NCBI RefSeq assembly: GCF_001194135.2
Contig: NC_068995.1
Coordinates: 44,163,793-44,197,308, forward strand
Reading direction: 5' to 3'
Origin: Octopus bimaculoides
Lineage: Eukaryota
DNA: 33,516 bases
Translations under genes and position numbers: made by a program
The notes under the pieces: model-generated
The model's database searches: none
What the model was told of the DNA's origin: nothing
Seen by the model: the letters and a program-made list of their open reading frames with translations, nothing else
Shown: positions 22,705 through 33,516 of the stretch, in pieces
Position numbering within the stretch: position 1 is the stretch's first letter
Layout: every line of letters begins with the position of its first letter

Positions 22705-23273
22705 CGTATCTTTCATCTTGTTTCAGTCATTAGACTGCGACCATGCTGGGGCAACATCTTGAAAAATTTGCAATCGAATGAATTGACTCCAGTACTTTTT
22801 AAGCTTGACACTTATTCTATCGTTCTATTTTGCCGAATAGCTAAGTTATGGAGACGTAAACACACCAACACCTGTTGTCAAGCGGTTGTGGGGACAAACA
22901 CAGATACATACATATATACACGCATACATACATACACATATATTATGCATATATATTTATATATATNNNNNNNNNNNNNNNNNNNNNNNNNNNNNNNNNN
23001 NNNNNNNNNNNNNNNNNNNNNNNNNNNNNNNNNNNNNNNNNNNNNNNNNNNNNNNNNNNNNNNNNNNNNNNNNNNNNNNNNNNNNNNNNNNNNNNNNNNN
23101 NNNNNNNNNNNNNNNNNNNNNNNNNNNNNNNNNNNNNNNNNNNNNNNNNNNNNNNNNNNNNNNNNNNNNNNNNNNNNNNNNNNNNNNNNNNNNNNNNNNN
23201 NNNNNNNNNNNNNNNNNNNNNNNNNNNNNNNNNNNNNNNNNACTGAACCCAGAACCATGAGGTTGGGAAGCAA
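22705..23273 (-). mobile_element. SINE family 1 copy interrupted by an assembly gap
   Basis: 3' body at 22705-22905; head fragment actgaacccagaaccatgaggttgggaagcaac after the gap. Confidence 0.75.
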
Positions 23274-24384
23274 CATACATACACATGTACATACATACAC
23301 ATATACATACATATATAGATACATAGATACATACATAGATACATGCATACATATGTACATATATACATACATACATGCATGCATGCATGCATGCATACAT
23401 ACATACATACATACATACATACATACATACATACATACATACATTCGTGAAATTCAAATATGTACCTTCTTTTCTTAACCACCAATCAGAATCAAATATA
23501 TCACTTGGCAGATACCCTACTAAGAAATTTTAAACACCTCCTTAAAGTTTATTGTATCCCCAACTAATCAATAACTACTCTTATTTCTTAATAAATAATC
23601 TATCGTGTTTACTTTCTTCTCATATAATTTATTCTAAAACATCAAATTTAAAACCGGTTAATGCGTAAGTATATAGCATTAAGATATGAGTTGGGACTGA
23701 CGAAGAGAAAGATTATCGGTGATTACGAACAAAAAAAAAATTAATAATTTATCACATCTGTTTGAATTAATGATTTCGGAGAAAACTTTTATAGAAATTC
23801 TTTGGCAATTTAGAGTCATTAATTCTAGTTTCAGAAAAAAAATATAAAACATTATACAAAGTTTTATATCACATGGTTATGTAAATTAATTTTCAATATT
23901 TTATTATTAAACATCTAACATAATCAATAGTTACAAATGAATATTCATAATAATTCACATATTTGCCTCTGCGTTTTTCAGTAATTTGATTGGCTGTTTG
24001 TATCCTTAAAATTCTTAGACGTTTCAAGTTTTCCAAAACCTATATATAATTCCAGTTTCCAGAGAAATTGGAATTATACGTATGCAAGTATGTATTTATC
24101 TATGTATATGCATGCATGAATACATGTACGTATATCTGTGTATGTGTGTGTGCTTGTGTGTGTATATGTGTGTATGTGAGTAGTTTGCATGTATATGCAT
24201 ATACATACATACATATATCGTGTTTACTCGCCTATAATTTGAGATTTAATATAAAATCTTTAGAACCAAAAGTAATTATCAATATAATCGAGCGTTCAAA
24301 AATAAAACTATATTAAATACCATTGATTGTTATGATTTTAGTGTGGACGCCATATACGGAAGATCACATTATACTATAATTTGG

Positions 24385-24460
24385 AATGCCGGAGTGTTCA
24401 TTCCGCTTGTTTGCGATCCAAGTTCAAATCCGACTGTAGTCAAATCTTACTTATCTTCGA
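24385..24460 (+). mobile_element. Degenerate SINE family 2 remnant
   Basis: agttcaaatccgactgtagtcaaatc resembles the B-box/domain junction. Confidence 0.35.
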
Positions 24461-24751
24461 CAAGTAAACAGACAGTTTTGCATGCTGCACTGTAAGGTCA
24501 GGATGAAGTCCATTGTCAAAATGAGGGACGTTAGGTGTAAATAGCCAAACTGTGAAACTCTAACAAATTGTATAGACCTTAGCAAACCTTTATAAGCAGA
24601 GATAATTGTACACTCAGTTTTTTGTGAGTTAAATATTTGTTTTTTTTTTACCGTGAGGCAAGTTTGTTCAATTGGATTCTGGAAGCAATGATTACCTCTT
24701 TATTTTATGCACTTTGTGCTTTGTGTTAGGCATTTATGGATTTATATACAC

Positions 24752-24915
24752 ACGACGGACTTCTTTCAGTTTCCATCTCCCAAATCCACTCATTAGGCTT
24801 TCGTCGGCCGGTGGCTATAGTAGAGGACACTTGCACAAGATTCCACGCGGTGGGACTGAACCCATAACTATGTGGTTAGGAAGCAAATTTCTTACCGCAC
24901 AGCTACGCCTGCTGC
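24752..24915 (-). mobile_element. SINE family 1, 5' half
   Basis: acgacggacttctttcagtttcc ... cttaccgcacagctacgcct. Confidence 0.8.
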
Positions 24916-27074
24916 CTATGCTTTTTTTTCATAAATTTTCCTACAGCTTCACAGTCCGAATGTATAGGTAGAGAATATAGTTCCTACTATAGCCCCGGTT
25001 TCACCTTCCACTATTAAAAATCGATGAAATGCGGCTGTTTGTGATTGTCAATAGGCTATTGTAGAATTTTAACACAAAGCAACACAACTGTGATCGGGAA
25101 TTTCCTAATCCATCTATACAGCCGGGCTGCGAAGATGGCGATAGAGACCACTAGTCCCCAGAATGAAATTCTCTAAATACGGATATTGTACTAAACTATT
25201 TAGTGAAGATGGGGCTAGAGTAGGGGCTGCAATTTGTCATATAAATAATTTGTGCACAAAAGTAATACACAAACTCACTCATGGCAAATACACACAGACT
25301 CTCACACACATACACACTGAAATACTCACACCCTCACATCTATATACACACACATATATTTATCCTTTGTTTACTTATAAATATATAAATATTATAATTT
25401 GCATAAACATATGTACAGCTCTTTGAAATAAGTTTTATCTAAATATTTCAAGGACATAGTTTCCAATAGACATTCATTAGGATTCAATGAAGAAGAAAAG
25501 AGGACAAGGATAAATGAGAGAGAAATGGCGAAGTGTTTGTGAAACAAAAGGACAATGAAGTAACAGAAAGTGTGGGTGTTAATGAGAATGATGCAAATAG
25601 TTTATAATATGACATCAAAATTATCAAACAACGGTCTATCATTCATTTATTTTTCCTCTCCATTGTTTATGAATTGTTAATTGAATTTCTGTATAAAATA
25701 TTTTCATTTTCCCTGATTTAAAGAAAAATTCTCAAAACCAACATCAACCGCTTGTTTGGTCTTTTGATATTTTTATGAATTAATTCTTGATATTTTATAT
25801 AGTGATTGCTAACATAGTACCCTACCATCTTAATTATTTACTCTTTTGTAAATTCTCACTGTTCTGAATNNNNNNNNNNNNNNNNNNNNNNNNNNNNNNN
25901 NNNNNNNNNNNNNNNNNNNNNNNNNNNNNNNNNNNNNNNNNNNNNNNNNNNNNNNNNNNNNNNNNNNNNNNNNNNNNNNNNNNNNNNNNNNNNNNNNNNN
26001 NNNNNNNNNNNNNNNNNNNNNNNNNNNNNNNNNNNNNNNNNNNNNNNNNNNNNNNNNNNNNNNNATATATTTTTCAATCCACTAAGACAGAGAAAACTCA
26101 AGTTTCTATATTTTACATTGATGTAAGAACCGACAGTCTTGGTAGTAGAGACCATCATTTCTCAGGCAGAAAAATTATTGCTGATGATCTGTCACACCCA
26201 GAAGGAAATTTCACGATTGCCTGATCCAATCTGACAGAGTAATTGAGGTAAAACTAACGTAGATGGAATCTATGATGTTTCAAATCATTGTAATATGTAG
26301 CTTCACAAGATAAAGATGCTGTTTTGCATTTGGCAAGAATCGAGATTCTTATAGAAAGGTTGAGAATCAATGTTGGAATTTATACATCGCTTCAACCATT
26401 TATTTCCCACGAATCAATAATATACATGTGTGGGAATATTGTTTTTAAGTATAGAGGATAATGAGAGTGGTTCATTCTTCAGCTGGATGGTCGTGGCTGG
26501 AACTCATAGAACCATGCAGCGGGGATTAAAAACTAGATACTATAAAACGAAACGAAACGTGTCTATGCGTAAATGTATGTTTGTGTGTGTATATGTATGA
26601 TATTTTTCTTGTGACACAAATTCTTCCATAATGAGCTCCAGCGTAACAATTTGAATTAGCCATATATGTTATCGGTTGTTTAGCAGAATTGAACTCGGAA
26701 CATTGATGAAAGTTGGTATATAACATGCAGCTATTAATACAATTTGTTATTCATTGAAGTACAAGTCAACGTTTTCTAGATAAATAAAACCATCAGATGT
26801 CTTTATTATTCCCAACATGAATGCAGGAATAAATCGATGCGCAGTTTATAAATAACTCTCTGATAGGGTTTTGTAATGTAAACAATTTAGCCTTCTCTGA
26901 CACTACCTCTCTCTTTCTTTTAGTCGTCCACCTCCCTCTTCTTCTCCTCTGCGTCCTTCTATTTCTTTCAGTTATCGTCTGCTACTTCAACAACTGTTGA
27001 GGCAATTTGTACTACTTAAATAAAATCATTTCGTTTATTTAGGTGATACTGTAAAAGTTGGAGAACATAATCTC

Positions 27075-27170
27075 TATAGATTGGACCGTTATATATAACT
27101 GGTACTTCCTTTACGGACGCCCGTAGGGTGGAAAATGAAACTGTTGTGTCTGAATTGATTCCAAAGTATT
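27075..27170 (-). mobile_element. Degenerate SINE family 2 remnant
   Basis: aactggtacttcctttacggacgcccgtagggtggaaaatgaaa vs 21765-21810. Confidence 0.45.
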
Positions 27171-27718
27171 GAGACAAGAACAACAATCTTTAAAACGCTA
27201 CTTGTTTTATAACAACTCCACCATAATATATAAAGTACAGTAATGTACTGTATTATTGTATAACGAAGAATTTCTCAAGAATTGTCGTCATTGAGGGTGT
27301 AACAGAACGTAGCATTCTCCAGTTGCCTTTTCTACACCCATCAGAGGATTTCTGCTCAATACAGTAATCGGACATAACACTTCGTATACAACTATTGATG
27401 TTGTGAGTTTTGTGCCTCTGTTTGGTGCCTCTCAACAGCTCTAGAGACTGAGCCAATGATAATTCGGTGTCCCTCCATGGGAAATAATGCTGTACTATAA
27501 CAAGATATGGTTAAATAAGGTTTATGAAATTGGCTTATAACTTTTCTTGATGGATACACTGACATAAGCCTCTGGACTTCAAACACTCGCACTCACATAG
27601 GCGCACGCATATGCATATGCACACATACACTTCCACATACACACACATACATTCACACATATATATGTAATACAGAAACTCGCTTCTGAGTAAAACCACT
27701 TCCTTAATGTGTGCTTTT

Positions 27719-27734
27719 GTGTGTGTGTGTGTGT

Positions 27735-27773
<39 letters not shown>
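27719..27773. repeat. (GT)n microsatellite
   Basis: Direct reading. Confidence 0.95.
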
Positions 27774-27777
<4 letters not shown>

Positions 27778-27810
27778 AGGTTGAAAGATAACACACTAGA
27801 GGATATGTAT

Positions 27811-27877
27811 AAGAAAAATAGGACAAGGTAGAAAATGCTAAAATAATTTTAGCATTTTCTATATTGTCCTATTTTCC

Positions 27878-27879
<2 letters not shown>
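27811..27879. repeat. Near-perfect palindrome, 34-bp arms, 1-nt loop
   Basis: 31/34 complementary pairs. Confidence 0.85.
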
Positions 27880-27908
<29 letters not shown>

Positions 27909-28388
27909 ATAGAAAAAGTAAAACAGCAAAAGAAAGGGACCTCAATATTATGTAAATAGAGGAATTTATCTGTAAATAATATGTGACAATTATTCGGTAG
28001 TCATGATCCCATGGGCTTCAAAACAAGAAAGGATATAAAAATCCGGTGTTAAAAACGTTATGCAACATACATTTATCACTATAGTACTTTCCTCACCACC
28101 CCACCGTTATTTTCCCTTTTAATTCATCTCATGCAATGATACCGGTAGTTTGCAATTTCCTTCTGTTAAAATTTAATTTATAAAAACATATAAATACATG
28201 TATGTATGGATTACCATTTCATTTCTTAATAATGATTTGCATTTATCTTTATGTACATCATTATTTTTGCATCTATCTTTACATACATCTTTATACATGT
28301 TTCGATTCTACGTTATTTTTACTCCTGAATTATTATACGTCTTGCATAACCGCATCCCATTCTTATTTTCCAGTTTACAGCTACTTAC

Positions 28389-28501
28389 ATACATATTTAT
28401 ATCCGCATGGCATTCAATATCTTTTTGCACAGAAACAGATCTTATATAGCTTCCTTGTTCCCACAACCGTAATAATATCTTTACAAATTTGCATATAATC
28501 A
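28389..28501 (-). CDS. Candidate exon (phase 1 to 0), IICKFVKILLRLWEQGSYIRSVSVQKDIECHADINMY
   Basis: Consensus donor tat/gtaagt, acceptor gggtatttag, 37 open codons of non-repetitive sequence. Confidence 0.35.
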
Positions 28502-28839
28502 CTAAATACCCATAAATACTCGATGGCATATGCATATACATGTGCCCGAATATTTGCATGCATGTGTGCATGCGTTTGTTTCTTGGTGTATGTGTGTGTG
28601 TGTGNNNNNNNNNNGGTGTATGTGTTTGTGTGTGTGTGTGTGCGTGTGTGCGCGTGTATATATAACATCGTCGCACAAAAGCTTATCATCAGTCCACACA
28701 TGCACTTTTATTCAACCCTATCCAGACATAACTACGCGAATACAAACGAGGTAAAAAAAAAAACAAAGTCGCTACGAGTTCTCACACGCTCAAACGATTA
28801 CTTTAACGATTCCCTCACACACGCTGGAGAGAGAGAGAT

Positions 28840-28914
28840 TGGAGTCAACAAGAAGGGGTACGATTGGACAAAAAATAAATAAATGCCCAACCGTACCCCT
28901 TCTTGTTGACTCCA
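28840..28914. other. 75-nt hairpin, 31-bp stem, 13-nt loop; candidate pre-miRNA or MITE remnant
   Basis: 29/31 Watson-Crick pairs. The two A-C mismatches on the plus strand become G-U pairs on the minus strand. Confidence 0.6.
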
Positions 28915-29169
28915 GTTTTTTCAATTATATATTCACACATGACAGATGCCCAAATGCAAACCTGAAAGTACGTATAGTACTAATACTGGATAGTATAGTA
29001 CAGGGTAAATCTGAAGATGGATGAGCTTTATACTGTACTCTACTACGTTCTTAACAGAATGCACCATAACTATATGTGTGTGTGCTCGCGCGTGTATTTG
29101 TGTGTATAACTAATCGTCGGGGTTAGCCGTTAACTGGAACTTGAGTAAAAGCTAATACTGTATCCATCC

Positions 29170-29359
29170 GGATAATGTATCCTTCCAAACTCACTATGGT
29201 GTAATCGCATTCAGAGTGGGAGCTGATGTCAGTATGGGACTGAGATGCCGTTGTGGTAGGCCGCTCGACCCCACAGGTCTTCACGGTCTGTCTTGCCGCC
29301 TAAATGCTGGTCGCTTCACTCGTCACACCGAGCTAAACTTAATCATTAAGCGGGCTCTG
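29170..29359 (+). mobile_element. Fragment of a CRE-like (restriction-like endonuclease) non-LTR retrotransposon, zinc-knuckle region
   Basis: Frame from 29204: IAFRVGADVSMGLRCRCGRPLDPTGLHGLSCRLNAGRFTRHTELNLIIKRAL. Matches the CxCG..G.HGLSC....R..RH..lN.iikraL motif that precedes the RPD nuclease in CRE-type elements. Confidence 0.75.
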
Positions 29360-31279
29360 TATGTATGTGCCTGTGTGTAGGTGTTTCTTTGCGATGGACA
29401 TCGGAAAGACCACCTTCTCCCTCTCTTTAAACCTAGGTATTCCTCACACCCACCTTTCTTTCTGTGTGTGCGTGTTGTATCTATGTATTTACGAAAGTAT
29501 GTATGCAGCGTCGCATGTATATGACAGCTGTTTAAACGTTAACATCCCATTGCCACTCAATATTTGTCGCTTACATAACACTGTTTTTGCTTTCTCTGAT
29601 ATAAGTCACCTTCAGTCTGCTACTGCGTTTCCTTCAGGATTAAACTTTTTGCACCCTTCTCATTTTATCATATAATTCGCCCAACCCCCTCCTTGGGGGC
29701 ACATTATAGATTTTTATTAACATCCTATTTGTCTATTATTGAACTGGGTGTTAGTGTAACATGTATGCAAAGTTTCGTGATTATTGGTTCGCTGGTTTAG
29801 GCACCATGATGGTAAGAAACAGACAGAAATTGCCATTTATGTATAAGATATATATATATATATATATANNNNNNNNNNNNNNNNNNNNNNNNNNNNNNNN
29901 NNNNNNNNNNNNNNNNNNNNNNNNNNNNNNNNNNNNNNNNNNNNNNNNNNNNNNNNNNNNNNNNNNNNNNNNNNNNNNNNNNNNNNNNNNNNNNNNNNNN
30001 NNNNNNNNNNNNNNNNNNNNNNNNNNNNNNNNNNNNNNNNNNNNNNNNNNNNNNNNNNNNNNNNNNNNNNNNNNNNNNNNNNNNNNNNNNNNNNNNNNNN
30101 NNNNNNNNNNNNNNNNNNNNNNNNNNNNNNNNNNNNNNNNNNNNNNNNNNNNNNNNNNNNNNNNNNNNNNNNNNNNNNNNNNNNNNNNNNNNNNNNNNNN
30201 NNNNNNNNNNNNNNNNNNNNNNNNNNNNNNNNNNNNNNNNNNNNNNNNNNNNNNNNNNNNNNNNNNNNNNNNNNNNNNNNNNNNNNNNNNNNNNNNNNNN
30301 NNNNNNNNNNNNNNNNNNNNNNNNNNNNNNNNNNNNNNNNNNNNNNNNNNNNNNNNNNNNNNNNNNNNNNNNNNNNNNNNNNNNNNNNNNNNNNNNNNNN
30401 NNNNNNNNNNNNNNNNNNNNNNNNNNNNNNNNNNNNNNNNNNNNNNNNNNNNNNNNNNNNNNNNNNNNNNNNNNNNNNNNNNNNNNNNNNNNNNNNNNNN
30501 NNNNNNNNNNNNNNNNNNNNNNNNNNNNNNNNNNNNNNNNNNNNNNNNNNNNNNNNNNNNNNNNNNNNNNNNNNNNNNNNNNNNNNNNNNNNNNNNNNNN
30601 NNNNNNNNNNNNNNNNNNNNNNNNNNNNNNNNNNNNNNNNNNNNNNNNNNNNNNNNNNNNNNNNNNNNNNNNNNNNNNNNNNNNNNNNNNNNNNNNNNNN
30701 NNNNNNNNNNNTATATATATATATATATTTACTATGCAATTCAATTCAGCTATCGGTCACGTCTTACCTTATTACGCTACTTCTGTTAGTCGTCTCTGTA
30801 TGTTACATCTTTCAACGTATATGAAAACCTGTGCAGATCTGTACGTGAGGTTTGGATGTGTATGCTACAGAATGGTTTCAGAGCAATTCACTACGAATGT
30901 ATCTAACTATTACCTTCATGATCTATGATGTGACAGTCGACAAATTCTCTTAATCATAGCAATCAGAATTTGGCACCAGAAGCGTTCAAGAGTGTCCTTT
31001 AATTTGAATCGGAGAAGAATTTTCATGAATTTTATATACTGAATGACATTCTGCGACTCTCAGACATGAAAACTGAAACTACAGGGGAATTGTAGCAGCT
31101 ATTTATGAACCAAATCCATCCATCCATACATACATACCTACGTTCATACATACATACATACATGTCTGTATATATGTAAGTATATATACACATATTTATA
31201 TGTGTACGTATTTATGTATATATGTGTGTGTGCATGCGTCTGCATACATATATATATGCATATATATATAAATGCACAG

Positions 31280-31318
<39 letters not shown>

Positions 31319-31404
31319 TGTGTGCGCGTGCGTGTGTATACTGACTATCCCGAACTATAGCAATATCTGTTTCAACACACAATGTCACATCAGGAATCTT
31401 GCAA

Positions 31405-31436
<32 letters not shown>

Positions 31437-31675
31437 NNNNNNNNNNNNNNNNNNNNNNNNNNNNNNNNNNNNNNNNNNNNNNNNNNNNNNNNNNNNNNNN
31501 NNNNNNNNNNNNNNNNNTATGTGTATGTATATATATATATAAAATACAGTGTACATTTAATACACATTAGAGATGCCCATAAAAGGACATCTAACCCGCT
31601 AGAAAGAGCAGTCAAGGCTCTACACCACAAAAATTAGGGATAATTTCGAAAAGGAATGAAAAATAAAAACATTTA

Positions 31676-31871
31676 CCATGGGTAGCAAAAGTATTTAACA
31701 CATTGGTTTTTTTATAAATTTCCCAATTAAAAAATCGTTCAATTTGAATGATACTTCAAATATTTTAATGAACATTGTCTAACTAAACATAGAAGAAAAT
31801 TGAGAAACATTGTTTTTATGTACTTTTATTACCAATTTTCGAATTTGCCTGCGTACAAAAGTATTTAACAC
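31676..31871 (+). repeat. Left terminal inverted repeat of Tc1 with two direct repeats (AAAAGTATTTAACAC)
   Basis: Roughly 90% identical to the reverse complement of 33066-33263 by manual alignment. DR at 31687-31701 and 31857-31871. Confidence 0.92.
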
Positions 31872-32054
31872 CTATACAAATACGGGAAAAAAGGGTATTT
31901 TAAAACTATTTTCAGTTATTTTGATATGGTTTGTACTTCAACCAATCACAAGTTGTCTTCGATATATGTTTTAACCAAGCACATCGCTCAATCGGCACAT
32001 AGTGATAACAGGTCTGATAAACTACAGAATGTCCCACGATCTAAACTTATAAAA

Positions 32055-33059
32055 ATGGTTAAAACAAAAGAATTGTCAAATGATATGCGACAGAAGATCA
32101 TAAGGCTGCACAAAGATGGTAAGGGGTCTCGAAAAATTGCTCAAGATTTAAATTTGCTTGTGTGAACAGTTGGTGCTTTTGTTCGAAAGTGGAAAAAATA
32201 TGATACTACTAAAAATATTCGTCCGCGGAAATTAAACGAGGCTACTGAACGGTATATAGCCCGGAATGTGTAGAAACAACATTTTTTGACTCGAAGAGAA
32301 ATCCAGAACGATCTGAAAACATGCCGGAGTTGAAGTAAGTAAAGATACAATTAAGAGATCACTGAATCGTACAGGCCTGTATTCTAGATCACCAAGAAAG
32401 ACTCCACTATTAAAACGTAAACATGTGCAAACCGTTTGAAGTTTGTTAAAAAGTATGAACAGGAATCAGATGAATTCAAGAAGAAAATTATTTGGTCAGA
32501 TGAAACAAAAATTGAGCTTTTCGGGAGAAACATGTGCATCCAAGTATGGAGGGAAAAAGGAACTCAATACAACCCAGTAAACACCATCTCAACAGTCAAA
32601 TATGGTGGGGTGGAAGTGTAATGATTTGGGGTTGTTTGTCTTATAATGGAGTTGGAGAAATAGAAGTCATCGAATGATTGTAGCAAAATACAAGCAAATC
32701 TTATCAACCCATCTATTAAAAAGTGCAACAGCTTTGGGGCTTGACCGAGATTTTGTATTCCAGCAAGTCAACGACCCAAAGCACAAGGCTAAAACAACTT
32801 AACACTGGTTCAATGAAAATGGAATTGATGTTCTGGAATGGCCTAGCCAGTCACCGGATCTCAGTCCAGTAGAAAATTTATGGAAAATGTTGAAGTTGAG
32901 AGTACACCCAAGAGATTCAAAAATATCAAAGAACTGAAGAAAGTCTGTGAAGAAGAACGGGTGGAACTGCCAAAATCTTCATGCAAGAAGCTCGTTGAAA
33001 ACTACAGAAAACGACTAGAGGCTGTAAGGCAGAACAGAGGATATACTACTAAATATTAA
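32055..33059 (+). pseudogene. Tc1 transposase pseudogene
   Basis: MVKTKELSNDMRQKIIRLHKDGKG (paired-like HTH) ... RSPRKTPLL ... IIWSDETKIELFG ... VMIWGC ... FQQVNDPKH ... [17 protein letters not shown] ... GYTTKY*. Several stops and frameshifts. Second catalytic D is mutated to V (GTC, 32767-69), with 34 residues before the E at 32872. Confidence 0.95.
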
Positions 33060-33065
33060 CAAATC

Positions 33066-33263
33066 GTGTTAAATACTTTTACACACAGTCAAATTCGAAA
33101 ATTGGTAATAAAAGTACATAAAAACAATCTTCCTCGATTTTCTTCTATGTTGAGTTAGACAATGTTCATTAAAATATATGAAGTATGATTCAAATTGAAG
33201 AATTTTTTATTGTGAAATTTATAAAAAAAAAAACAATGTGTTAAATGCTTTTGCTACCCACTG
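33066..33263 (-). repeat. Right terminal inverted repeat of Tc1 with two direct repeats
   Basis: gtgttaaatactttt at 33066-33080 and gtgttaaatgctttt near the outer end. Confidence 0.92.
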
Positions 33264-33476
33264 TATATATACATATATATATCGTGTATTTTTCATATGA
33301 TGTTGGTTGTTATATTCGGACGGTTAATTAAATACTTAAGAGACCTCTCGTGCATTAAACGGAAGCTATTTTATTCATTGACAGCTGATGACGTAATAGA
33401 CATTATTAGTATGCATGCAGCTGGTCTGGTACATTTTATATCAAGCAAACATTGATATGTGTGTGTATAAATGTAC

Positions 33477-33516
<40 letters not shown>

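Larger units (their letters stand above)
31676..33263 (+). mobile_element. Tc1/mariner DNA transposon, DD34E Tc1 family, IR/DR type, full length (1588 bp), inactive
   Basis: TA at 31674-75 and 33264-65. Long inverted termini 31676-31871 and 33066-33263. Right end reads CAGTGGGTAGCAAAAG; left end is mutated to CCATGGG. Internal degenerate transposase. Confidence 0.95.

Noticed and set aside
24451-24489. Phase 2-2 exon candidate AACKTVCLLVED
   Set aside because: It overlaps a degenerate SINE remnant, so it cannot be supported.
28585-28630. Direct repeat ggtgtatgtgt flanking a 10-N gap
   Set aside because: Likely a contig-overlap artefact.

Overview
This is AT-rich, microsatellite-dense animal genomic DNA with 10 N gaps. 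The SINE families and simple-repeat content suggest a cephalopod, most likely Octopus (inference). Nearly all ORFs in the supplied track are artefacts of simple repeats or N runs. What the sequence supports: (1) a probable multi-exon protein-coding gene on the minus strand, built by hand from six small GC-enriched GT-AG exons whose phases join into one 183-aa frame (17168 down to 255), with weaker upstream candidates to about 28.5 kb; I do not recognise the protein. (2) A full-length but decayed 1588-bp Tc1 (DD34E) transposon with ~197-bp IR/DR-type termini and a TA target duplication. (3) The 3' end of a Tx1/L1-like LINE, and a zinc-knuckle fragment of a CRE-like (RLE-type) non-LTR element. 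(4) About a dozen tRNA-derived SINE copies of at least two families, two of them as tail-to-tail inverted pairs. (5) Several unexplained structures: a 75-nt pre-miRNA-like hairpin, a fold-back made of hairpins, a 69-bp palindrome, and a 125-bp module present twice at 97% identity. No rRNA, bona fide tRNA gene or CRISPR array was seen. No database searches were run.
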